A DNA stretch of 64,000 nt from IMG/VR virus record IMGVR_UViG_3300032092_000008; one strand, written 5' to 3'. This DNA comes from an uncultured virus (IMG/VR IMGVR_UViG_3300032092_000008) (Duplodnaviria; Heunggongvirae; Uroviricota; Caudoviricetes). Shown here piece after piece: positions 19,415 to 28,647 of the stretch. The position numbers were made by a program, and so were the translations under genes. Positions within the stretch are counted from its first letter, which is position 1. The number at the start of each line of letters is the position of its first letter. Under the pieces are notes generated by a model, which worked only from the letters and a program-made list of their open reading frames with translations, was not told where the DNA came from and ran no database searches.

Positions 19415-20770
19415 TTATTCAAAGTCATTGTTCTGAATTTCCTGGAATTTCCTAGCCAGCATCTTACGAGCTAACTCATTACCATTATCCATTTGCTTCT
19501 GAGCATCCTTTCCTTGTACTGACGTATCTGCATATATGTTAATTTGTCCACTACTGGTATTCATTTTACTAGGTAATGTAATACCATCTGGTCCGAATCG
19601 ATTTTTAATGACATGCCATCTACCAGTACCAGCTAATTTATCTTGTACCTTTCGAGACAATGAAATAACAAAATCTGCAACCATTACCTTACCATATGAC
19701 TCAGCAATCTTCTCAGCTCCAATAACATCTTCCTCAAGAGCTGATCTATTTGCTTGAGATGCTGTCCATACTGGTACTTCATATTCACCTGCCATACCGC
19801 GGAGGTCTTCATATATACCTTCCAACTCATGTCTCTTTTCAACACCAGGGCCTCTTAACAAATCCGCATAGTCAACAATGATAACATCTGGTTTCTTTCC
19901 TTGCATTATACATTTTTCAATATGACTACGCAAGCCCATTACTGATACTGTCTTGGTTGGATAGTATTTAATAATAAGATTACCAGTTAATTTTGACAAC
20001 TCTGTTTTAACCTGATCTTGATAATGTTTAAGGTTCTGATTGGCAATGCCGGTTACTACTGAATCATAACGTAATCCTACATATGCTTCATTTAACTCTA
20101 ATGTATAATGGATAACTGTCATACCTTTCTTAATGGCATGCGCTCCTATATTAATAAGTCCCCACGACTTACCAATACCGGCAGGTGCTACAAACACTCC
20201 TAGTTCACCTTTACCTAACCCACCAGATGTCAATTCATTAATAACTTCCCATGGCGTTTCTTTGGTATCACGTACTGACTCTGTATATCGCTCATCTATA
20301 CTAGTCATGTAATCATGTCCTATTTCTTTATCACCGCCGGCCTTTAAGGCATTATCAATTTGCATTTTAATATCATCATATCTTCCTATCTTTAATAATT
20401 CAACGGATGATAAAATTGCTTTTTTAATTTCTTGATTCTTACAGAAATCCAAAGCTTGCTGTTTAATAAAATCCAAATCGGTTGCCTCGGCATATCTCCA
20501 GGCTTCTTTTAAATGTTCTTTGATCTGAGTTTTTAGTACATCATTATCAACATCTGATAACTTTACCTTCATTACTTCTAATGTCGGATTGGTCTTATAT
20601 TGTTTATGATACTCTAACGCCGTTTCAACAATCCATTCATTGGCGTCACTTTCAAAATACTTTGCTGAAAGTATGTCTGAGATCTGCTGCATAAATGCCT
20701 TATCTGTAAACAAAGCCGTAATAACTTTGATCTGGAAGGCATATCCATAACTACTTAATCTATCTGTCAT
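19415..20770 (-). CDS. Replicative DnaB-like helicase (T4 gp41-like)
   Basis: Walker A APAGIGKS, VDYADL, TASQANR, KNRFG. Confidence 0.93.
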   Translation of the reverse strand: MTDRLSSYGYAFQIKVITALFTDKAFMQQISDILSAKYFESDANEWIVETALEYHKQYKTNPTLEVMKVKLSDVDNDVLKTQIKEHLKEAWRYAEATDLDFIKQQALDFCKNQEIKKAILSSVELLKIGRYDDIKMQIDNALKAGGDKEIGHDYMTSIDERYTESVRDTKETPWEVINELTSGGLGKGELGVFVAPAGIGKSWGLINIGAHAIKKGMTVIHYTLELNEAYVGLRYDSVVTGIANQNLKHYQDQVKTELSKLTGNLIIKYYPTKTVSVMGLRSHIEKCIMQGKKPDVIIVDYADLLRGPGVEKRHELEGIYEDLRGMAGEYEVPVWTASQANRSALEEDVIGAEKIAESYGKVMVADFVISLSRKVQDKLAGTGRWHVIKNRFGPDGITLPSKMNTSSGQINIYADTSVQGKDAQKQMDNGNELARKMLARKFQEIQNNDFE

Positions 20771-20799
20771 ACTTTATTATAATAACTATTTTCGTAAAA

Positions 20800-21846
20800 T
20801 CAAAGACTTGTGTAACTATTTAATGTATTAAATGCTGTTAACCATGTATCCACATCTTTAATAATGGTATACATTTTATCACGCATAAACATTCTTTTGA
20901 ATTCATATACGTTAGTTCTTTGTATAGGTTGGTTAACAATATCAACAGCTAATAACTTTGTATTACCGGGAATATCAACATTTTTAAGTTGCATTAGATC
21001 ATGGTTACGTTCTAATATATGAATGTTATCACGTACTGTTTCATGAATTCGTGTAGGCTTATCTTGCTGACTAATATATTCAGTAATAGCTTCAATTGTC
21101 ACTTCTTGCGGTCGTTGCATGATAGGAAAATGCTTGAGCATTGTTTTTAGAGCCACGCCGTTGATACCTGGAATATTATCTGATTTATCGCCGATAAACG
21201 AACGATACATCAAGTAATTAAGTGACGGAATACCTATTTCTTCTTGTAGCACACTTGGAGTGTATAAGATCTTTTTTACAGGACTCCAAACATTGATACG
21301 GTCATTTACTAGTTGTAAGAAATCTCTATCAGTTGAAACTATAGTTACTCGATGTTTGTCTTCTGTATATATTTCATTGGCTATATATGCAATGATATCA
21401 TCGGCTTCAACATTGTCAATAGACAATACTGTTACCGGTAGTTGATGTAAATATTCTATGGTACAACCAAATTGCCGTTTCATAGATTCTGATTCATCTT
21501 GTAGATTGGCAAACTCTTCATATCTGTTAAATTGAGTTTTAACAGCTCGATTAGCTTTGTAATCTGGGTATAACTTTTTACGCCTAGCCGAACCGCCCTT
21601 ACCATCAAAGACAATAATGCATCGACTAGGTTTGAATTGCCGGATAGTGGCAGCAACAGACCTTAAAAAGCCTGTTACTCCACCGATATGCTCACCGTCA
21701 TCGTTTAATGCAGGTACTGCAGAAAACACTCGGATAAACGTATTTAGTCCGTCAATAATTAAAACATTGCTATTGATATCTGTCGATCTCTCCTGCGAAC
21801 GTTCTACTTCTAATTGTTTAAAAATCTCTTGAAACCTATTGTTCAT
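20800..21846 (-). CDS. 5'-3' exonuclease / flap endonuclease (T4 RNase H-like)
   Basis: IIDGLN, VFDG, YKANR, EADD, STDRD, GDKSDNIPGI motifs. Confidence 0.93.
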   Translation of the reverse strand: MNNRFQEIFKQLEVERSQERSTDINSNVLIIDGLNTFIRVFSAVPALNDDGEHIGGVTGFLRSVAATIRQFKPSRCIIVFDGKGGSARRKKLYPDYKANRAVKTQFNRYEEFANLQDESESMKRQFGCTIEYLHQLPVTVLSIDNVEADDIIAYIANEIYTEDKHRVTIVSTDRDFLQLVNDRINVWSPVKKILYTPSVLQEEIGIPSLNYLMYRSFIGDKSDNIPGINGVALKTMLKHFPIMQRPQEVTIEAITEYISQQDKPTRIHETVRDNIHILERNHDLMQLKNVDIPGNTKLLAVDIVNQPIQRTNVYEFKRMFMRDKMYTIIKDVDTWLTAFNTLNSYTSL

Positions 21847-22982
21847 GATTCTTCATTAATAAAATCCTCATCAATCTCAATATCATCAATGCCAATAGCT
21901 CCAGATTGATAACGGAAAATATAAGCATCACAAATAGCACTGTAAATCTCATCTTTCAAAGTCGGGTCATTTTCAACCGCTCCTTGGAAATCTTTAGATA
22001 AGAACTTTACCGGAGTTCCATTTGTTCGAGTATATGTATACCAAGCACCCGCCTGAGTTACTAATTTATACTCTTTCATCACTTCAAGCCAACCACCAAA
22101 GTTATCAATACCAGACTCAAAGTAAATATCATAGTCAATTGACTTCAAGGGCGGACCCATACGATTTTTAATTACTTGAGCTCTAGTTTTAATTCCTATG
22201 ATTTGCTCTACACCTTTGGCATCTTTAGCTTTGATCTGTCCTACAGACTTTAATCGCAAACGTACCGATGCATGGAATGGAATTGCTTTACCGCCGGAAG
22301 TAGTCCATGGATCACCAAAGCTTACTCCTAAGCGAGAACGTAACTGGTTGGTAAAGATCAAACTAATCTTTTCACGAGCAATCATATTAGTAATTTTACG
22401 CATACCTTTTGACAAGATAATTGCTTTACTAGTTGCCCAACCATCCTTATCAAACTCAGCTGCCATTTCAACTTTAGTAGATGCGCCCATTACTGAGTCA
22501 ACTACAATAGTTACTAAACGATCTTTGTTTGACTTACGAACTGATTCAACAATAGATTCAATTGCTTCAAATATATCTTCCATAGTCTCCAATGGAACAT
22601 ATAACATTTTTTTAAGATCAACACCTATTGCTTCTAGAAACTCACTGCTAACAGCACTTTCTGTATCAATATAAACTGCTAATCCGTCCTGTTTCTGTGT
22701 ATTAGCCAAGGCATGTGTTGCTAACAACGACTTACCAGAAGCTTCTAAACCCGTAATCTCTACAATACGACCAATTGGAAATCCTCCATTAGGTCTATTT
22801 GAGATTGCTAGATCTAGCATACTAGAACCAGTACCTACCCAACCGGATACATTAGAGGGAGAATCTACATCCCCCTCCAAAAAGTATGCCGTTTTGTATC
22901 CTGATCCTTTAAACTTCTTGTTTAAGTTGCTAGCTAATTCGCCGGCCAATTCATCCGACAGTTCGCTTTTAGATACCGCCAT
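21843..22982 (-). CDS. recA: RecA/UvsX recombinase
   Basis: GRIVEITGLEASGKS, YIDTE, VVDSV, NQLR, TSGG, KNR. Confidence 0.95.
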   Translation of the reverse strand: MAVSKSELSDELAGELASNLNKKFKGSGYKTAYFLEGDVDSPSNVSGWVGTGSSMLDLAISNRPNGGFPIGRIVEITGLEASGKSLLATHALANTQKQDGLAVYIDTESAVSSEFLEAIGVDLKKMLYVPLETMEDIFEAIESIVESVRKSNKDRLVTIVVDSVMGASTKVEMAAEFDKDGWATSKAIILSKGMRKITNMIAREKISLIFTNQLRSRLGVSFGDPWTTSGGKAIPFHASVRLRLKSVGQIKAKDAKGVEQIIGIKTRAQVIKNRMGPPLKSIDYDIYFESGIDNFGGWLEVMKEYKLVTQAGAWYTYTRTNGTPVKFLSKDFQGAVENDPTLKDEIYSAICDAYIFRYQSGAIGIDDIEIDEDFINEES

Positions 22983-22999
22983 TTTGTAACTCCTTTAGA

Positions 23000-23773
23000 T
23001 TATTCATTAAACAATTCATCGAATGCTGCACTTACGTCATCCACTTTGCTCACATTGGGTGAAAATGGTGCTTCATCTTCATCATGTGATGCAGTGCCAA
23101 CAGATGTATTAGTATCATCTTCTTCTCCACCATTCAACCATTGAGTCAAAGCATCTTTCAACTCTTCGTAGCTTGGTTCTTTGAAGATCTCAGAAAGATT
23201 TGGTTGCTGTTGAGCAATCTTTTCTGCAACATTACGATCTGTCGTTAATGGTGTCGTATTAGGCTTAATACGAAGAACTGTTTTTGGATATGCTCCACCC
23301 TCAGCTGGGGTGAATTCAATTACAATGTCACGGCCGTTCATTGGATCCGTTAAATCACCATAATCAGGGTCTGCAATGAACCCTAACAATTCAGTATAGA
23401 CTGTTTTACCAAAACCCCAAAATTTAACACCTTCTGATTCTTTACCACGCACAACAATTGGAACATAACAACGCATCTTCGGTTCCAACTTCTTGCCCAA
23501 CTTCCATTCATCAGAATTACCAGAAGATTTAAGCTTCTCTGCAAATTCTACTACCGGATCCGGATTACCATGAGTGATTGGAGATAAAAAATTCTTCTTA
23601 CCTAGATCATAATGGAAATAAAGTTCTTGGAATGGATTGTCTTTGTTGTATTGATATGGAACAATACGAATTTGTTGCTTGCCTGGTTCAGGCTTCCACA
23701 GATTGTTTTGACGGGTGGTCTGTGTTTGTAATTTGTTAAGTTTTGCTTTGATAGCATCTAAATTAATTGCCAT
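23000..23773 (-). CDS. Single-stranded DNA-binding protein (T4 gp32-like)
   Basis: WKP...IRIVP, acidic tail ending FDELFNE; position upstream of recA; AGGAG RBS. Confidence 0.8.
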   Translation of the reverse strand: MAINLDAIKAKLNKLQTQTTRQNNLWKPEPGKQQIRIVPYQYNKDNPFQELYFHYDLGKKNFLSPITHGNPDPVVEFAEKLKSSGNSDEWKLGKKLEPKMRCYVPIVVRGKESEGVKFWGFGKTVYTELLGFIADPDYGDLTDPMNGRDIVIEFTPAEGGAYPKTVLRIKPNTTPLTTDRNVAEKIAQQQPNLSEIFKEPSYEELKDALTQWLNGGEEDDTNTSVGTASHDEDEAPFSPNVSKVDDVSAAFDELFNE

Positions 23774-23816
23774 TTTGTACTCCTTTTTTTATTTATTGGT
23801 TATTATTAATTTTCTT

Positions 23817-23848
23817 TAAATATAAGTACTTACTTTTCATTTTCCAAG
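23817..23848 (-). promoter_or_regulatory. Host-type promoter CTTG-N20-TATATTTA upstream of ssb-recA
   Basis: Same boxes and spacing as the other instances. Confidence 0.55.
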
Positions 23849-23910
23849 AGAAATGTAAGATATTTTTTAGTTGTCATTTATTATTTTATATAAATATATC
23901 CTTAGCCAAT

Positions 23911-23934
23911 AAAAAAGCCGGCTTATAACCGGCT
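23911..23934 (-). terminator. Rho-independent terminator
   Basis: AGCCGG-loop-CCGGCT followed by a U run on the minus strand. Confidence 0.75.
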
Positions 23935-23959
23935 CTAATATTCTGGGGGCGTGTAGTTT

Positions 23960-24304
23960 TTATCTTAATATTTTATATCGAGTTAACAGCACCGTCAATC
24001 CTTGCCATAGATCATTTTCTGCTGATCCTTCTGGCGCTGCTTTCCACTTTTCTACCAGTTCAAGTGTCAATATACCCTTCCTCTCGAGTTTAGCCATTGA
24101 TACAGTTACCATTGCATCTCCATTAAAGTTTAAGCTTGTATTTTGTTTTGCTGCAGCTTGTTTGGCCCAAGCAATAAACTTACGCTGTTGTGCTAAGCGT
24201 TCTGCTTGTATTTGTTTTGCTATTTCGTCTCCAAAAGAATCCTCTTCTCTTAACACTTTAGCAATCTCTTCACGTATTAGTTTTCTAAATTCAGATGCTT
24301 TCAT
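23960..24304 (-). CDS. Hypothetical protein, putative internal head protein
   Basis: N-terminus MKASEFRKLIREEIAKVLREE with I/L-x-E motifs; own ATATTTAT motif and terminator. Confidence 0.6.
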   Translation of the reverse strand: MKASEFRKLIREEIAKVLREEDSFGDEIAKQIQAERLAQQRKFIAWAKQAAAKQNTSLNFNGDAMVTVSMAKLERKGILTLELVEKWKAAPEGSAENDLWQGLTVLLTRYKILR

Positions 24305-24334
24305 ATTTTCCTTTTTATATTTTTTAAATAAATA

Positions 24335-24721
24335 TTACAAATCAACTCGTTTAAACATTTTTAATCGCACATGCCGTAAACTATCATCTGAAGTTAACAG
24401 TATGGAGTTACGATATGCATTCCAATTAATGATAAACGATTTATCTAGTACACCATTATTTGCTTCTCGTATAATAACATTTAAAGCATTAACGGTATAC
24501 ATGGTATTGGTTTCTTTTTTGCGATGAACCAATATGGTATTGGCTATGCGTTTGGTATCGGCTGTCTCCACATTAAATGTTACATACATATCATTGTATA
24601 TAGTCTCATCAGAAAATACAAACAAACGTTGTTCACTGATTACATATGATGATACAATATAATCAAGTATTAAATCTAAATCTTTACGATGTGCAAATGT
24701 ACATAACAATTGTGGCTTCAC
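24335..24721 (-). CDS. Hypothetical phage protein
   Basis: 128-aa ORF (QLLCTF...HRKKETNTMYTVNALN). Confidence 0.7.
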   Translation of the reverse strand: MKPQLLCTFAHRKDLDLILDYIVSSYVISEQRLFVFSDETIYNDMYVTFNVETADTKRIANTILVHRKKETNTMYTVNALNVIIREANNGVLDKSFIINWNAYRNSILLTSDDSLRHVRLKMFKRVDL

Positions 24722-24738
24722 TAATCGACCTCTCTTAC

Positions 24739-26154
24739 TTAATCTAACGCCAGCTGCGCTTTAATAAATTCATATTTACTGGCTAAACGACCAATCATCA
24801 TCTTTCCCATATTTTGAGATATACCATATATGATAAAATCTTTAGGATATCCTAAATATGGTTGCGGATTACCAGATAAATAATATACAAAACCCGGAAG
24901 AGCATCGTCTGCGAAATAAGCATACTTTCTGTCATTAAAATCTTTAGGTAATAACTCTGGGTCTTGTACCATAGGTGATTTTATAATTTTAAGTATGTTA
25001 TATAAAAATACACGTATATCTTGTTTTGCTGGTGTAGAAACTTTGATACTTACTGATTGATCGGGTTTGGCTTTTTGTATTTTTGTGGCATCATCTGAGC
25101 TAATAAAAAATTGTCCTTCTGCCTTTGCTGTTTGTATAATCAATTTGGCATTGTTAATTAAATCTTTATTTTTAACAATTAACTTACCTAATCTATTTAA
25201 TTCCTTATAACCTAAATAATGTAATTCTATAACACCAGATGGTAACTCAGCTGCTTTTGAAACGCGTTCAAAAAAGTTTTCTGCTGTTACATCTTCTTCG
25301 CCTTTTTTCTTTTTTGCTTTAAAGCCATCGCCGCGAAAATTAACAGTCAAAACTTTCATGAACTCGTCAGCTATTTTTTCTGAATTAAATACTTTATTAA
25401 GATTTTCTATAATTGTAGCATCTTCGCCGCCATTTAATCCAATACTGTCTAATAACTCGTAAAACTTCTTAGTTTCTTTTACATATCTAAATTTACCACC
25501 AAAACCAGATTTGGCCATTCGAATATTATCCGGGTCTTCTTTTACTTCCCAGGTTGCGTTCGGAAGTATTAAATCCTTTTGCTCGGTACCGCCAGAGGCA
25601 GCTCCTTTGATAGCTAGCACTGCCATCATTTCTCCGCGGCCCATACCCTGAGGCGCAATGTCAAAGAAATCTACAAACTCTTTCCAGCCACTAGTAATAT
25701 ATTGTTTTAAATTATATGTTTGAAATAAACTATTCCATTTTGCTTGCTGAGATGCCGGTGCATGTGATACTATATACTCTATACGTCGGTATGCTTCGTC
25801 TCGTATAGTTCCGTTATCATACACCTTCTGCATAAATTCTTTACCGGCCGGACTTAGTCCAGATTTTGGTTTTGCTTCATTAATAACTGGTTTAAACTCA
25901 CCTACCTTGTATTCCACGATAACTTGATCTAAAACTTCAAGTTCAGACTCCGTATAAGGTTGTTCCGCAAATCCTTTTGGCAACCGATAAAACCACTCAG
26001 CAATTACTTCATCCCAATCCGCTGTAACTGTTTCTGTTACAGGCTCAGTGTCTTGTATGGACTCTGTTATTATTGGAGCAACTTCTTTTTGCACCGGTAT
26101 TGGATTGAGTATATCATCCAAATCAATCATCTTAACCAAAGTATCTTTCTTCAT
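24739..26154 (-). CDS. Hypothetical protein
   Basis: 471-aa ORF; acidic N-terminal region with IITE/VINE motifs. Confidence 0.7.
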   Translation of the reverse strand: MKKDTLVKMIDLDDILNPIPVQKEVAPIITESIQDTEPVTETVTADWDEVIAEWFYRLPKGFAEQPYTESELEVLDQVIVEYKVGEFKPVINEAKPKSGLSPAGKEFMQKVYDNGTIRDEAYRRIEYIVSHAPASQQAKWNSLFQTYNLKQYITSGWKEFVDFFDIAPQGMGRGEMMAVLAIKGAASGGTEQKDLILPNATWEVKEDPDNIRMAKSGFGGKFRYVKETKKFYELLDSIGLNGGEDATIIENLNKVFNSEKIADEFMKVLTVNFRGDGFKAKKKKGEEDVTAENFFERVSKAAELPSGVIELHYLGYKELNRLGKLIVKNKDLINNAKLIIQTAKAEGQFFISSDDATKIQKAKPDQSVSIKVSTPAKQDIRVFLYNILKIIKSPMVQDPELLPKDFNDRKYAYFADDALPGFVYYLSGNPQPYLGYPKDFIIYGISQNMGKMMIGRLASKYEFIKAQLALD

Positions 26155-26680
26155 AATGTAATAAATCCAATTTGTTACTTACATCTACCAACTGAGCAGC
26201 ATTTAATAAATCTGATGATTCTGCTATTGACTCATTTTGAATATCCACAAACTCTTGCAAGAAGTTAAATGTCATTAAATGTGTATTGAACATTTGACTT
26301 GCCCATTTCATATATTTTTCGCCTAACTGATATTCAATTGCATAAGTCTTGTTAACAGTGTCAATTAAATGAGCAAATTGACCGTTAAACTTAACTGCCG
26401 GTAATATCGGTGTTGCATTCCAATCCACAATGTATTTTTGCAATTTCATTGCATGCTCTAACTCAGCATTTGCCTCATTGGCATAAAATGCAGCTGCCTT
26501 GGTATAACCAACACCCTGCGCCCAATTAGCAGCACCTCTATAAAAATAATGTGCTGTATACTCTTCTGCAATTGCAGCATTTAATATATCTACAATTTCA
26601 GGTGTTAATGTTTTTGGCAATAAAACACCTTCCTGTGATGATACTACTGTTTGTACTATTGATTTTGGTAACTCTGCCAT
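26132..26680 (-). CDS. Ferritin-like protein
   Basis: Four-helix-bundle ferroxidase residues: E..A..Y, E-L-E-H, E, Q-x-E. Confidence 0.8.
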   Translation of the reverse strand: MAELPKSIVQTVVSSQEGVLLPKTLTPEIVDILNAAIAEEYTAHYFYRGAANWAQGVGYTKAAAFYANEANAELEHAMKLQKYIVDWNATPILPAVKFNGQFAHLIDTVNKTYAIEYQLGEKYMKWASQMFNTHLMTFNFLQEFVDIQNESIAESSDLLNAAQLVDVSNKLDLLHYEERYFG

Positions 26681-26731
26681 ATAATTTCTTTTTAATAAAT
26701 ATTGTCAAAACTTTTATTATAAAATAAATAT

Positions 26732-28039
26732 CTAGCTGACTTTGGAAGTCATGTCATGCATTTCATGATAATTGGTTCCGGCTTTAATTTTAACTGGAAA
26801 CTTACCTTGTAAGCTCATGCTATCTCTTATATCAATTAACAGTTGACGGCCGTCATGCATATCATAATCAAACAGAAATGAGTCATAAGTATACAATACC
26901 ATTTTGGTTTGATATGACAATAACAATTTATTGAGATCCAATACTCGCTTAATATTATATTCGGTTTCTGATGCCTGTAATAAATAGTTAAACAACTTGT
27001 TGGCATTCATATCTGCTAGATTACGTTGAAACATATGCCGTTGATATATTGGCGTTACGATATAACCTTGACGCTTAAATGACTTCCATAATGTGGTAAT
27101 ATACTTTTGTACAGCTGCAAAGAATGGTATCTGAGCAAATTCATCATCTATACCACCGTATAATAAACGGAATGTTATTTGCTTGCTTTGTTCATACTGC
27201 TCGGCCGTTAATTGCTTGGTATCAAAATATTGTTTACCAAAATACTCATGCACTGAACCAGTTGGTAAATGATATCCTATCAAGTCAGCAATTAACCGTA
27301 CATGATAAGCATCATAGTCATACTCAACAAGCATTCCCTTTGCATGTCGACTACAGTATAGTTTTCTACTGCCATCTTCTTTATTCAATGCCGCAAAGTT
27401 AACACCGCCAAATTTATTACTTGGTCTGCCAGTACTAGTGTACAAGTTATATTCTGTATAAGCCAAGGACTTGGCACTTTGATATACACCATTATATTCT
27501 ATATCAGAAAAAGCTTGACATGTTTCCATATCATATGTGATAAACTCTGGGGATATTTTATTTGCATTATATACTTGCATAAATACCATACGCATTGCCA
27601 CACATCGTTCTAAATGCTTTGTTATTGGAAGCCAGTCATTGATATTGGTTTCATTGTGCCACCAACGCTGCCAGAAGTCATGAGCTGTGGTATTGGTTTC
27701 ATCTAATGGTAACATTTTATTGGTATACCACCATGCAAACAGATCCGCATCATAACATGTATTACCGAACGTCTTTTGGAATCGCTTTTTACCTAATACA
27801 AAGATACTTGCCTGACTTTGTAGTTCTTGTATTTGTTCGGTATTGAAGGTTAAACAATCCAAATGATGGAATGGAACGACATAGTCCTGATCTTCTGCAA
27901 CACTATATATGTAAATAAAGCTTATGCGGTTTTCTCGATAATGACGATAAGCATCAGAATAAACCGGAATCCAGAAACTATCACCTGCTCGTATAGCATC
28001 TTTAACATGTTGTAACTCTTGACTTGACTCAACTATCAT
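26732..28039 (-). CDS. Truncated family A DNA polymerase-like protein
   Basis: TSTGRPS, motif A EYDYDAYHVR, motif B KQITFRLLYG, NYLLQ, motif C YTYDS; only 435 aa. Confidence 0.8.
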   Translation of the reverse strand: MIVESSQELQHVKDAIRAGDSFWIPVYSDAYRHYRENRISFIYIYSVAEDQDYVVPFHHLDCLTFNTEQIQELQSQASIFVLGKKRFQKTFGNTCYDADLFAWWYTNKMLPLDETNTTAHDFWQRWWHNETNINDWLPITKHLERCVAMRMVFMQVYNANKISPEFITYDMETCQAFSDIEYNGVYQSAKSLAYTEYNLYTSTGRPSNKFGGVNFAALNKEDGSRKLYCSRHAKGMLVEYDYDAYHVRLIADLIGYHLPTGSVHEYFGKQYFDTKQLTAEQYEQSKQITFRLLYGGIDDEFAQIPFFAAVQKYITTLWKSFKRQGYIVTPIYQRHMFQRNLADMNANKLFNYLLQASETEYNIKRVLDLNKLLLSYQTKMVLYTYDSFLFDYDMHDGRQLLIDIRDSMSLQGKFPVKIKAGTNYHEMHDMTSKVS

Positions 28040-28044
28040 TGATC

Positions 28045-28076
28045 TAAATATAAGATCAAAGCTTTACAATACCAAA
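28045..28076 (-). promoter_or_regulatory. Host-type promoter TTTG-N20-TATATTTA
   Basis: Exact boxes immediately upstream of the PolA-like gene, at the structural/replication boundary. Confidence 0.6.
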
Positions 28077-28643
28077 TTATTGTTGATAAAATTCCAAAGA
28101 ATCAAAAAGATAGTTTCGCAAACCAGGCATTTTGCGTTCCATAAATGCAAGTACTCGATCATTAACAGACTGAACATGTTCTTGTTTGCCTCGGATGGTC
28201 CATTCAACAGATACAATATTCCATAGATTTAAATCTATACCTTTACGGTTCTGTGCATTTACATTGATAGCTTGGGTTCTATCAATCTCCATTATACGCT
28301 GAGGTTCATTACGTTTCTGACAAATAAATCGTGTCATGACACCAGTTTCAATTTCTTTCGCCGTTGGTTTGGCTATATAAAAAACTGGGTCTAGATGATT
28401 ATAAAACTCTAATTTGGATAACTGTCGATATGTCAAGTTACTACGTGAAGCAAAAAATGATCTAGTAACACGTTCCAATTGCAAACTTCCTCGTGTAAAT
28501 GTATCGCCAGAATAAATAGCTCCATTTGGATATGTATGAAAAAATCCAATATACTCATCTTGTGAAGCAACTATGATATATTCCTGGCCAGGAGTATATC
28601 CCTTTTTAATTTTATATGCTGGTGTATGTAGTTGTGGTAACAT
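28077..28643 (-). CDS. Hypothetical protein, baseplate region
   Basis: Last ORF of the tail/baseplate gene run. Confidence 0.55.
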   Translation of the reverse strand: MLPQLHTPAYKIKKGYTPGQEYIIVASQDEYIGFFHTYPNGAIYSGDTFTRGSLQLERVTRSFFASRSNLTYRQLSKLEFYNHLDPVFYIAKPTAKEIETGVMTRFICQKRNEPQRIMEIDRTQAINVNAQNRKGIDLNLWNIVSVEWTIRGKQEHVQSVNDRVLAFMERKMPGLRNYLFDSLEFYQQ

Positions 28644-28647
28644 AATA

